Shown: piece by piece, positions 1-8,998 of the stretch | Numbering within the stretch: the first letter of the stretch is position 1 | Layout: every line of letters begins with the position of its first letter | Assembly (NCBI GenBank): GCA_965208835.1 | Contig: OZ242358.1 | Location: forward strand, 1,728,001-1,792,000 | Source of the DNA: Candidatus Latescibacterota bacterium | GTDB taxonomy: Bacteria; Latescibacterota; UBA2968; GCA-2709665 | Reading direction: 5' to 3' | Length of the DNA: 64,000 nt | The notes under the pieces: generated by a model | Told to the model about the DNA's origin: nothing | Seen by the model: the letters and a program-made list of their open reading frames with translations, nothing else | The model's database searches: none | Translations under genes and position numbers: made by a program

Positions 1-16
1 ATATTGGAAGGTTGTT

Positions 17-1414
17 ATGTCGATGCGTATCGTTGTGATCGCGCTCGCCACATGCATGATCTGGAGTTGTGGAGGTGAGCGCGTGATGCAGTTGCAGGAG
101 CCGGAAACAGGCGGTCAGGTCCCACAGCCGCTGGGTAAACTGGCCGCCCGACCGGATGCCCGACCGGCGGTAGTGATGGTCACCCTGACCAGGGATGGCG
201 CCCCGGTTACCGGTGCATCCGTAGAATTCTCGCGGTCTATTGCGGGACGGGCGGCTGATTACACGGAGTTCGCCGGCGCGTCGATTTCAACCGATGAGAA
301 CGGTCAGGCGGAACTGAAACTTTCAGGGGACAATCTAACGGGTTATTATCGGGCGCGCGCCTCGAAGGATGGGGTCCGGATCGGTACATGGTCCAGCATT
401 CCGATTAACGCCGGTTTCAAGGTGTTGCTGGACTTGCCCGCTGGCGGAACGGCTCGCGTGACAGACATATACACCCTTCCTAGAGAAACCATCGTTTTCA
501 GCGAACTGCACTGGGCAAGCGTCCAGCTGCAGAACCGCATCGCCCAGTATATTGTTGAGAAGGGCTACGGCTATCCTACCGATCTGATCGCCGGCTCCGC
601 GCTACCTCTGTTGGACAGCCTGCGGAGAGGCGACACCCATGTTTACATGGAGGTCTGGCTGCCCAACCAGGACGAAGGCTGGGCGGAATCTCAAGCCGCC
701 GGGGATGCGATTAACGTGGGCCCGAGTCTTGGCAGCGACTGGCAGTCGGCGTTCGTCATTCCCGCGTATCTCCAGGAGCAGCATCCCGATCTGGACAGCG
801 TGGAAGATCTCAAAGAAGACCGTTTCAAAAGCCTGTTCGCGACCGAGGAGTCTGAAGGCAAGGCGCGCCTGATGTCTTGCGTCAGCACCTTGGGCTGCGC
901 GGAGATCAATGCGGCCCAGATTGAAGGCTATGGCCTGTCCGACCACGTGCAAATCGTCACCCCCGAGGATGCCGACGCCTTAAACGCGAACCTGGAAAGC
1001 GCCTACGAGAAAGGCGAGCCATGGCTCGGTTACCAGTGGGGCACCAGTACGTCGGCCTTGTTCCTGGACCTGGTACGCCTTGAGGAGCCGGAGTACAGCG
1101 ACGAGTGCTGGGCTGGTGACAAGGCGTGCGCCTACGAGGACGCAACCATCTCTATTGCGGTGAATTCCGGTCTGCCCGCCAGGGCTCCGGACGTGGTCGA
1201 GATGCTGGGGGCCTGGGGCCTCGACATCGACCGCTACAAGGAGGTTGCCGTCTGGCAGCGCGACAACCCGGAGGCCGGCATTAACGACGCGGCTCTGTGG
1301 TGGCTGGGCGCCAAATCCAGCCATTGGAGCGGCTGGGTGACTGGCAATGCGGCTGCCGCCATCCAGGCCGCGCTCGATGCCAACGAAATACCGGACGGCT
1401 GGCCGGAAGAGTAG
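17..1414 (+). CDS. Lipoprotein: N-terminal Ig-like module fused to a glycine betaine/proline ABC substrate-binding domain (OpuAC/ProX-like)
   Basis: Lipobox-like MIWSC; C-terminal 310 aa has ProX-type motifs (ELHWAS, YMEVWLPN, WLGYQWG). Confidence 0.8.
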   Translation: MSMRIVVIALATCMIWSCGGERVMQLQEPETGGQVPQPLGKLAARPDARPAVVMVTLTRDGAPVTGASVEFSRSIAGRAADYTEFAGASISTDENGQAELKLSGDNLTGYYRARASKDGVRIGTWSSIPINAGFKVLLDLPAGGTARVTDIYTLPRETIVFSELHWASVQLQNRIAQYIVEKGYGYPTDLIAGSALPLLDSLRRGDTHVYMEVWLPNQDEGWAESQAAGDAINVGPSLGSDWQSAFVIPAYLQEQHPDLDSVEDLKEDRFKSLFATEESEGKARLMSCVSTLGCAEINAAQIEGYGLSDHVQIVTPEDADALNANLESAYEKGEPWLGYQWGTSTSALFLDLVRLEEPEYSDECWAGDKACAYEDATISIAVNSGLPARAPDVVEMLGAWGLDIDRYKEVAVWQRDNPEAGINDAALWWLGAKSSHWSGWVTGNAAAAIQAALDANEIPDGWPEE

Positions 1415-1501
1415 CCCTTTGACCTCGTATTCCCGACCTCATTTCAAACGCTCCTCTACGCCCAATATGCGACACTGAACCCGGTGGGATCGAGAAAACC
1501 A

Positions 1502-1526
1502 GGGCACCCACAAGGGATGCCCCTAC
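1502..1526 (-). repeat. GTAG-type REP palindrome
   Basis: Reverse complement GTAGGGGCATCCCTTGTGGGTGCCC; near-identical to 22628-22652. Confidence 0.75.
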
Positions 1527-1595
1527 ACTGAGGCAAGCACCTGTCTGTAGCAGTGGCAGTCGTTGAGGTATCAAGATTTTCTGGATTGTAAGCGA

Positions 1596-1625
1596 AAAGG
1601 GCGGCTCATGCGTGAGTCGCCCTTT
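1596..1625. terminator. Bidirectional intrinsic terminator
   Basis: AAAGGGCGGCTCA-TGCG-TGAGTCGCCCTTT hairpin between convergent genes. Confidence 0.7.
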
Positions 1626-1685
1626 ATCCTATAAATTCGGTTTTTCTTGAACCAGCCGCCGTGATTCTGGCCTAAGCCGCGCTTC

Positions 1686-2447
1686 TCACCCCCTCACGGC
1701 TTCGACCATGCTGCGGCAGCCGTGCAAGTAGATGCCGGTGTCTACCGACAGGGCGATGTAACGCACGCCGGCGTCGATCCAGCGATTGGCTGCTTCGGGG
1801 CTGTCCGCGAAGGTGCCCACGGTGAGGCCGGCCTTATTGATCTCAACGGTGGCCTCCCGCATCCGGTCCACCACCCTGGGATCGCTCACCTGGCCCGGGA
1901 TGCCGAGGGACTGGGAGAGGTCGTACGGCCCCAGGAAGACGACGTCCAAGCCGGGCACGGCGATAATGGCATCCAGGTTTTCCAGGCCCTCCACCCCTTC
2001 CACGTGGATCAGGACCATGGATTCCCGGTTGAGGCGTTCGAAGATCTGGCCGCCTTCGGCGAAGTACCGGGCCGCGCGGGTGTAGGGCGAGACACCCCGC
2101 ATCCCTAGCGGCGCGTACTTTGCCGCCTCGACGAGGGTCTCGGCGTCGGAGCGGGTGCGTATCTGCGGGACTTGGACGCCCTCCGGGCCGATGTCCAGCG
2201 CCCGGAGTACCTGGGGCGGGTCGTTTTCCCTGACGCGCACAATCGGGGAAATACCCGCGCCCTTTGCCACGCGGCAGAGGTTCTCGGTGGTCTCGATATC
2301 CAGCGGACCGTGTTCGGTGTCCAGGACAACGAAGTCAAACCCCGCGTAAGCGGCGATTTCGACGAGCGCGCCGGACGCGAGGTTGACGAACGGACCCAGG
2401 ACGACCTCACCGGCCTTCAGTTTGGCTTTCAGGCTGGTTTCAGACAT
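1686..2447 (-). CDS. HpcH/HpaI class II aldolase family
   Basis: GFDFVVLDTEHG, ALDIG, VFLGPYDLSQSLG motifs. Confidence 0.9.
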   Translation of the reverse strand: MSETSLKAKLKAGEVVLGPFVNLASGALVEIAAYAGFDFVVLDTEHGPLDIETTENLCRVAKGAGISPIVRVRENDPPQVLRALDIGPEGVQVPQIRTRSDAETLVEAAKYAPLGMRGVSPYTRAARYFAEGGQIFERLNRESMVLIHVEGVEGLENLDAIIAVPGLDVVFLGPYDLSQSLGIPGQVSDPRVVDRMREATVEINKAGLTVGTFADSPEAANRWIDAGVRYIALSVDTGIYLHGCRSMVEAVRG

Positions 2448-2562
2448 GGTGTATCTCCACGACAGGGGTCAAGTCATTTCGGTTTCGATTGCGATAGGGA
2501 TTCGGGATTGATAACCCCCCGCCGCAGAGTTTGGGAGCGCATGCGGCGGACGCATTTCGCCC

Positions 2563-2591
2563 AATATAGGTTGCCCCGAATGTTGTGTAAA
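2563..2591 (-). promoter_or_regulatory. Sigma70-like promoter for the aldolase gene
   Basis: TTTACA-17nt-TATATT on the minus strand. Confidence 0.55.
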
Positions 2592-2616
2592 GCGGAAAGC
2601 CCCGGCGCCGGACCGC

Positions 2617-2645
2617 TTGACATTCGAATGCCGCATCCGTATATA
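2617..2645 (+). promoter_or_regulatory. Sigma70-like promoter for the small ORF
   Basis: TTGACA-17nt-TATATA. Confidence 0.65.
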
Positions 2646-2680
2646 TATGATACGAGATCAGCAACGGGGAGGAGGTTGGA

Positions 2681-2809
2681 ATGAACACCGATCTGCGGGA
2701 ATTTGCGTTGCGCCTTAAAGTTATCGAAATCCTGAAGCGGTACACCTGGGTACGACATCAGTTGAGGGTCATTCAGTTGTGGAAGAAGCTCTACATCCAC
2801 CCGAATTGA
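2681..2809 (+). CDS. Small 42-aa basic protein (below the ORF-track cutoff)
   Basis: GGAGGAGG RBS before ATG; MNTDLREFALRLKVIEILKRYTWVRHQLRVIQLWKKLYIHPN; flanked by promoter and terminator. Confidence 0.65.
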   Translation: MNTDLREFALRLKVIEILKRYTWVRHQLRVIQLWKKLYIHPN

Positions 2810-2832
2810 CGCGTGCTGACTGGCTGCTTAAG

Positions 2833-2867
2833 AGGCGCTCGGGCGGTGACGGTCCGGGCGCCTTTCT
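2833..2867 (+). terminator. Intrinsic terminator after the small ORF
   Basis: AGGCGCTCGGGC...GTCCGGGCGCCT stem followed by TTCTGTT. Confidence 0.55.
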
Positions 2868-2986
2868 GTTGTCCGGAACAACCTCTGAGCGGCTTCCGAA
2901 AGACGTCAGGTCCCAACACAGGCACATCCCATCGAAATGATTAGGTGTTGATCGACATCCGTCCATTCGTTAGATTTCCGCCCGAT

Positions 2987-3661
2987 ATGGCCTCCGGACA
3001 GAACAGGATTCGCGTGGTCTTCGACCGGTTGATGGATGCTTTCGGACCCCAGGGATGGTGGCCGGCTGAAACCCCGTTCGAAACGATGGTTGGGGCCATA
3101 TTGACGCAGAATACGGCCTGGACAAACGTGGAACGGGCGATGGGAGCGCTGAAAGCCGCGGAGGCCCTTGAAGCCCGTACCATGCTGGAAATGCCCGACG
3201 TCGAACTGGAATCCCTCATCCGTTCCGCGGGCACCTTCCGCGTAAAGGCCAGGCGGCTGAAGGCATTCCTGGCGTACTACGTTGTCAGGTACGATGCGGA
3301 CGTTTCACGGATGAGGGATGTCCCGACCGGGCGTCTGCGCAAGGAACTGCTGTCGGTAAACGGAATCGGACCCGAAACCGCGGATTGCATCCTGCTGTAT
3401 GCGCTCGAAAGGCCGAGTTTCGTGGTGGATGCATATACGCGGCGGGTCTTCGGGCGTTTGGGACTGCTGGACGCGAGACTCGATTATCACGACATCCAGC
3501 GCAGGTTTCAGGCCGCGCTGCCGGCAAGCGCGGCGGTCTACAACGAGTATCATGCCTTGATCGTAGGGCTGGGCAAGCGCGTCTGCACGCCCGCGCCCAG
3601 GTGCGGGGCGTGCGTGCTGAACGCGGTATGCGAGACAGGAGTACAGGATGGCCCGGTTTGA
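2987..3661 (+). CDS. Endonuclease III-related HhH-GPD DNA glycosylase with 4Fe-4S motif
   Basis: GAILTQNTAWTNV, LLSVNGIGPETAD, C-x6-C-x2-C-x5-C; start uncertain (2945 or 2987). Confidence 0.88.
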   Translation: MASGQNRIRVVFDRLMDAFGPQGWWPAETPFETMVGAILTQNTAWTNVERAMGALKAAEALEARTMLEMPDVELESLIRSAGTFRVKARRLKAFLAYYVVRYDADVSRMRDVPTGRLRKELLSVNGIGPETADCILLYALERPSFVVDAYTRRVFGRLGLLDARLDYHDIQRRFQAALPASAAVYNEYHALIVGLGKRVCTPAPRCGACVLNAVCETGVQDGPV

Positions 3662-4472
3662 ATTGTGTTTTAATACGAGCACGATACAACCCACACCCGT
3701 CGACGGGAAGATCCGCATCGCGGGCGCCGCGGGGTATGAGTCGATCGAGCTCTGGAACGACGACCTGACGGACTGGGAACGCAGGGGCGGGAGGTTGTCC
3801 GAACTCAAACGGATGCTCGATGACCACAATCTCGCGGTACCGGACGTTGTCCACCTTTCCGGATGGATGGACGCGGCCCAGCCGGACTTCGAAACCGGGT
3901 TGCTCGATAAGGCCCGGCGGCTGATGGAACAGGGCGTGGCCGTGGGCGCGCCCCGGATCATCGCCGGACCCGCGCGCGGTCGGGTAGACCTCCACCGGGC
4001 GGCGGACCGTTATTGCCGGCTGATCGAACTGGGTCGGGAAGTGGGATGTCTGCCCGCCCTCGAATTCCTGGGATTCGTGGACCACGTGAATAACGTGGAC
4101 GTGTTGATGGAGATCGTTACGCTCGCGGACCATCCGGATACCACGGTCGTGATGGACGCGTTCCATATCTATCGCGGCGGCGGGCGGGACGAGGATGTCC
4201 TGAAGGTTCCCGGTTCGCAGGTGGCCATGTTCCACATTGACGATGTACCGAAGACAGACCGTAATCGCGAGACGCTGGCCGACGGAGACCGGGTATATCC
4301 GGGCGACGGGATTCTGAACCTGCCGAAGATGCTGGAGATGCTGGCCTCGCAGGGGTTCTCCGGCCCGGTATCTCTCGAATTGTTCAATGAAGACCTCTGG
4401 CGTCAGGACCCGGGTGAAGTCGCCCGGGTGGGGGCGGAGAAGGTGAGACGGCTGATCGAGTCGGTAGAATGA
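3648..4472 (+). CDS. Sugar phosphate isomerase/epimerase (xylose isomerase-like TIM barrel)
   Basis: ALEFLGF, DAFH, FHIDD, YPGDG, SLELF motifs. Confidence 0.85.
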   Translation: MARFELCFNTSTIQPTPVDGKIRIAGAAGYESIELWNDDLTDWERRGGRLSELKRMLDDHNLAVPDVVHLSGWMDAAQPDFETGLLDKARRLMEQGVAVGAPRIIAGPARGRVDLHRAADRYCRLIELGREVGCLPALEFLGFVDHVNNVDVLMEIVTLADHPDTTVVMDAFHIYRGGGRDEDVLKVPGSQVAMFHIDDVPKTDRNRETLADGDRVYPGDGILNLPKMLEMLASQGFSGPVSLELFNEDLWRQDPGEVARVGAEKVRRLIESVE

Positions 4473-5473
4473 ACGTGCGGAGCCCCGACATGGTATACGT
4501 TGGCGAAACCGCGATACCCGGATCGACCGTGCTCGCGCCGCTGGCCGGCGTGACGGACCGGTCGTTCCGTCTGCTGTGCCGTGAGCAGGGCGCGGGGCTG
4601 GCCGTGACGGAGATGGTGAGCGCCCGCGGGCTGGCCGACGGCAGCGAGCGTTCGAGCCGATACCTGGACTTCGAGGCGGACGAGCATCCGATTTCCGTGC
4701 AGATATTCGGGTCCGAACCCGGTGAAATGGCCGAAGGCGCGCGGGTGGCCGCCGAACGCAATCCGGACCTGCTCGACATCAACTGCGGGTGTCCCGTGAA
4801 GAAAATCGTGAACAGGCGCGCGGGCGCGGCCCTGTTGAAGAATCCGTCGCGTCTGGGCCGGATCGTATCGGCGATGGCGCGGGCGGTGTCCATCCCGGTC
4901 ACGTTGAAGATCCGCAGCGGATGGGACGATGCGGACAACGCATCCGACGTCGCGCGCGTGGCGGAAGATATGGGCGCCGCGGCTATCGCCGTGCACGGCC
5001 GGACTCGACAGGCCGGATTCACGGGCCGGGCGGACTGGGATGTGATCCGGGAAGTGTCCGAAGCCGTTTCGATTCCAGTCATCGGCAACGGCGACGTCAG
5101 GGACCCGCTGGCCGCGAAGGACATGATGGAGCAGACCGGATGTGACCTCGTGATGGTGGGCCGGTGGGCGATTGGCGATCCGTGGCTGTTCGGACGGATC
5201 GAGCACTTCCTGAACACCGGCACGCTGCTGGATGCGCCGACAGCAGGCGAACGGGTGAGGATGGCCATCCGGCACCTGCGGCTGTCGGTGCAGAACAAGG
5301 GGCTGCCCGCCGGGGTCCGTGAAATGAGGAGGCATTTCGCCGCCTACATCAAGGGCATCGAGGGCGCGGCGGCGTTTAGGCGCGCGCTGATGACGGAGGA
5401 CGACCCGGATGCGGTTGAAGGCATCCTGAACGCGGTACGCAGGAATGCGGAGGAGGTATCCGGTGACGCCTGA
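4469..5473 (+). CDS. dusB: tRNA-dihydrouridine synthase DusB
   Basis: LAPLAGVTD, DINCGCPVKK, AVHGRT, IGNGDV. Confidence 0.93.
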   Translation: MNVRSPDMVYVGETAIPGSTVLAPLAGVTDRSFRLLCREQGAGLAVTEMVSARGLADGSERSSRYLDFEADEHPISVQIFGSEPGEMAEGARVAAERNPDLLDINCGCPVKKIVNRRAGAALLKNPSRLGRIVSAMARAVSIPVTLKIRSGWDDADNASDVARVAEDMGAAAIAVHGRTRQAGFTGRADWDVIREVSEAVSIPVIGNGDVRDPLAAKDMMEQTGCDLVMVGRWAIGDPWLFGRIEHFLNTGTLLDAPTAGERVRMAIRHLRLSVQNKGLPAGVREMRRHFAAYIKGIEGAAAFRRALMTEDDPDAVEGILNAVRRNAEEVSGDA

Positions 5474-6239
5474 ACAGATCCGGAACGTGCTGGAGGCCGT
5501 CCGCGAGAACGAACTGGACGTCGACAGCGCAATGGATCAGTTAAAGAAGCTCCCGTTTGAAGATCTGGGATTCGCGCACGTGGACCATCACCGGGCAATG
5601 CGGCAGGGGTTCCCCGAGGTGATTTTCTGCCAGGGCAAGACCGCCGAACAGGTGACGGAAATCGCACGTCGGATTTCGGACTCGGGATCCACGCTGCTGG
5701 CGACCCGGGCCGACCGCGCTCACGCGGACGCCGTTGTCTCCGCGCTGCCGGCGGTTGACTACAACCCGGTAGCGCGGACATTGCTGTTGCGCGGCGACAA
5801 TCCGGGCAAGGTAGCGACGGCGGGCGAGGTCCTCGTCATTTCCGCGGGAACGTCCGATTTGCCGGTTGCGGAAGAGGCGGTTGTGACGGCCGATGCGATG
5901 GGCAGCCGCGTGAGGAAGCTGTTCGACGTGGGCGTTGCGGGGATTCACCGGCTGTTCGCGTACAGGGAACAGATCGACCGGGCGGCGGCGATCGTGGTGG
6001 TGGCGGGCATGGAAGGCGCCCTGCCGTCGGTCGTGGGGGGACTGGTGGAAGTACCCGTGATTGCGGTGCCGACAAGCGTGGGCTACGGCGCCAGTTTCGG
6101 TGGTCTGGCCGCGCTGCTCGGGACGTTGAATTCCTGTGCGCCCGGGGTGGCGGTGGTGAATATCGACAATGGATTCGGCGCAGGTTTTTTCGCGGGTCTC
6201 GTCACGCGCGTGCAGGACCGTGGAGGGGAAGGATCTTAG
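5463..6239 (+). CDS. larB: Nickel-pincer cofactor biosynthesis protein LarB (PurE-like)
   Basis: DHHR..RQGFPEVI, AGTSDLPVAEEA, GMEGALPSV, VNIDNGFGA. Confidence 0.92.
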   Translation: MTPEQIRNVLEAVRENELDVDSAMDQLKKLPFEDLGFAHVDHHRAMRQGFPEVIFCQGKTAEQVTEIARRISDSGSTLLATRADRAHADAVVSALPAVDYNPVARTLLLRGDNPGKVATAGEVLVISAGTSDLPVAEEAVVTADAMGSRVRKLFDVGVAGIHRLFAYREQIDRAAAIVVVAGMEGALPSVVGGLVEVPVIAVPTSVGYGASFGGLAALLGTLNSCAPGVAVVNIDNGFGAGFFAGLVTRVQDRGGEGS

Positions 6240-6242
6240 CCG

Positions 6243-7697
6243 CTACCCGCGTCCCAGCCCGAGGCGGTTCTCGAGGGAAACGGGGCGTCCCGTGGTATCC
6301 GCAAGCGGGCGTGCCGGAACGGAGCCTTTCGTTTTCAGGCTGACAACCGCCAGACAGACCAGCGCAACCGGTACGGCCATCAGGTCCGCCGGCAGGTCCG
6401 GCGTCAGATAGATGAAGCAGATCCAGGCAACGAAGCCCGAAACCATGGCTGCGAGCGCGCCGGGGAGATTGGCCCGGGGCCACCAGATTCCGGCGGTGAG
6501 CGGCACGAAGAGGGTGGCCAGCAGGATCGACCACGAATTCACCATCAGCGTATAGACGGTATTGTGCGCCAGGGCGAGGTAGAGGGCAATCAGCCCGAGA
6601 ATCGGGACGCTGATGCGGCAGATCCTGAGAATGGCACGTTCGTCGGCGTCCGGTCGAACGTAGCGGGCCAGATCCCAGCCGATGACGCTGGCAGGGGCGA
6701 GCAGCGCGCTGTCCGCACTGCTCATCAGGGCGGATACGAGCGCTCCCAGGAATACCGCCATCGCCAGGGGCGAGAGGTATTTCATGCCCAGCCGCATCAT
6801 GATCATGTCCGGATCGGCGAGGTCGGGAAAGATGAGGGTCCCGGCGATGCCGAGAAAGACCGGCAGCAGCCCCACCGTTAGATAGAGCGCCCCGGCAAGG
6901 TAGGCGCTGTTCTGTGCAACGGTCTCGCTCCTGCTTGAAAGGCTGCGCTGAATAAGATCCTGCCCCGCGAGATTTCCGAGTCCGATGACCAGCCAGTCCC
7001 TGGCGTAGGCGAACCAGCCGGGTGCGCCGGCGTCCCGGGGATAGAGGTAAAACCGGTCTTCCGGGATGCGCGCGCTGATTGCCGACCATCCTCCCATATC
7101 GTTCAGCAGTAGCGGCGTGATGACCAGGAGCCCCACCGTCAATACGGCAACCTGGATGAAATCCGTCAGCGTGACGGCCCACATGCCTCCCGCGGTCGTG
7201 TAAACGAGGACGATCGCGGCGCCGATACAGATACCCAAGGTGGGGTCGAGTCCGGTGAGCGATTGGATGACCCGCCCGAAAGCGACCATGAGGGACGCCA
7301 CCCATCCCAGGTACGCCGGGATGGTACACAGCGCGGCTACCGCGCCCGCTGAGGGCCCGAAGCGGCTTTCGAAAAAGCCCGCGATGGTCGTCAGGCCCAT
7401 TCGCCGCATGACTCTCACGTAGAAGAGCCCCGCGAGGAAGAGACAGAGGGCCGCGCCGAACGGGTCGGCGATAACGCCAAGGAAACCCTTCTTGTAGGCC
7501 TCGCTTGCAGCGCCGATGACGATCCCGCCCCCGAACCACGTGGCCGCCAGGGTCCCGGTGGCCAGCAAGACGCCCAGCCTCCTTCCCGCGACGATGAAGT
7601 CCGCGGAGCCTTTTATCCGGCGCCCGGCGTACAGCCCGACCCCCAGGGTTATCAGGATGTAGACCGAAAGACCGAGAATGATTGGAAGGTTGGGCAT
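6243..7697 (-). CDS. Sodium:solute symporter family transporter
   Basis: DFIVAGRRL, ATWFGGG, YTTAGGMWAVTLTDFIQ; many TM segments. Confidence 0.9.
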   Translation of the reverse strand: MPNLPIILGLSVYILITLGVGLYAGRRIKGSADFIVAGRRLGVLLATGTLAATWFGGGIVIGAASEAYKKGFLGVIADPFGAALCLFLAGLFYVRVMRRMGLTTIAGFFESRFGPSAGAVAALCTIPAYLGWVASLMVAFGRVIQSLTGLDPTLGICIGAAIVLVYTTAGGMWAVTLTDFIQVAVLTVGLLVITPLLLNDMGGWSAISARIPEDRFYLYPRDAGAPGWFAYARDWLVIGLGNLAGQDLIQRSLSSRSETVAQNSAYLAGALYLTVGLLPVFLGIAGTLIFPDLADPDMIMMRLGMKYLSPLAMAVFLGALVSALMSSADSALLAPASVIGWDLARYVRPDADERAILRICRISVPILGLIALYLALAHNTVYTLMVNSWSILLATLFVPLTAGIWWPRANLPGALAAMVSGFVAWICFIYLTPDLPADLMAVPVALVCLAVVSLKTKGSVPARPLADTTGRPVSLENRLGLGRG

Positions 7698-7717
7698 GGC
7701 GAAAGGTGGAATCCGGT

Positions 7718-8869
7718 TTATTCGATTCGGTTGTGCTGTTTCATAATATCGACGAGTCGATCCAGCGGGAGGCCGGGCATCTTCCTGCCGTCCCGCCCGG
7801 TCATGGTGTCCGCGGCGCAAAGTGCGTTGACGATGGCTTCTTCCGTCGCCTCGACCGTGGCCTGCAGGAGCGGGTTGAGGCGGTGGTCGCGCAGGGTGTG
7901 AACCGTATCCACAGTCGCCGCATCCCGCGGGATGCGGCGGGCGGTGGAGAATGCGAGGGCCAGGTCGCCGCTGCTGGTTCTCGAGAAGGTGCCGGTGCGG
8001 CCCACGCCCAGAGCGGACCGTTTACAAAGCCGCCGAAGCTGGATGGGGATCAGCGGCGCATCGGTGGCGATGATGATCACGATCGAGCCGTCGCGGGTCG
8101 GGGGACTCGCTTTCGTCGGCAGGTGTCGTCCGACAGGAACGCCGTCGATGACCAGATTCGGACGGCGGCCGCAGTTTGCTACGACGAGCACGCCCAGGGT
8201 ATAGCCTCCCTGGGCTTCGTTGAGTACTCGCGATGCGGTTCCGATTCCCGCCTTGAAGCCGTAGGCGCGCATGCCGGTACCGGCGCCAACCGAGCCTTCG
8301 GCAACCCGACCGCCAGCCGCGGATTCAATTGACTGTATGACATGAGCCTCTTTTACGTGGCGGCCCGCGATGTCGTTCAGGCCGCCGTCGTAACATTCGG
8401 CCACTACGGGAAGGGGCACGCGCCCCGGGTTCTTCTGAAGCATATAGGCAACGACCCCGCTGTACCCTTCGCCGACGCTCAGGGTGTTCGTGATGATCAC
8501 GGGCACCTCGAGCAGACCCCGCTCGTTGATCCACTCCATACCAGTCATTTCGCCGTTGCCGTTGAGCGCTTCCGCCGCCGCGAAGACCTGGTTCAGATAG
8601 ACGTCGTCGGGCCGGGGCACCACCGCGCTGACACCGGTGCGTACGGGACCCTTCCCGGCAACCAGTTCCCCCTCGCCGCTGATCAGTGTGACGTGCCCCA
8701 CCCCCACGCCGGAGACGTCGGTGATGGCGTTTCGAGGGCCGGGCGCGAGCGTACCGATGAGGATGCCGAGATCCCGTGCGCGGGGGCGTTGGGCGCCGGC
8801 GGTGCCCGCGCAGAGAGCGAGACCGAGAAGCGATATTGCCCATCGGCGGATTTTCGGACGGGAAATCAT
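7718..8869 (-). CDS. Secreted P1/S58 (DmpA-type) aminopeptidase
   Basis: Signal peptide; NAITDV.GV.VGH, GSVGAGTG, DGSI autocleavage site, SGD. Confidence 0.9.
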   Translation of the reverse strand: MISRPKIRRWAISLLGLALCAGTAGAQRPRARDLGILIGTLAPGPRNAITDVSGVGVGHVTLISGEGELVAGKGPVRTGVSAVVPRPDDVYLNQVFAAAEALNGNGEMTGMEWINERGLLEVPVIITNTLSVGEGYSGVVAYMLQKNPGRVPLPVVAECYDGGLNDIAGRHVKEAHVIQSIESAAGGRVAEGSVGAGTGMRAYGFKAGIGTASRVLNEAQGGYTLGVLVVANCGRRPNLVIDGVPVGRHLPTKASPPTRDGSIVIIIATDAPLIPIQLRRLCKRSALGVGRTGTFSRTSSGDLALAFSTARRIPRDAATVDTVHTLRDHRLNPLLQATVEATEEAIVNALCAADTMTGRDGRKMPGLPLDRLVDIMKQHNRIE

Positions 8870-8998
8870 AACGCGTAAAGCGGGATTCCTGCTGTCGGCA
8901 GACGGGTTTCACTGAAGCGTCAGGATGTCTCCTGCGCACGGAAAGCCCGGCCCGCGTTTTCCCTCACATGCGGATCGAGCCGGGTGACGATTCGCCTC

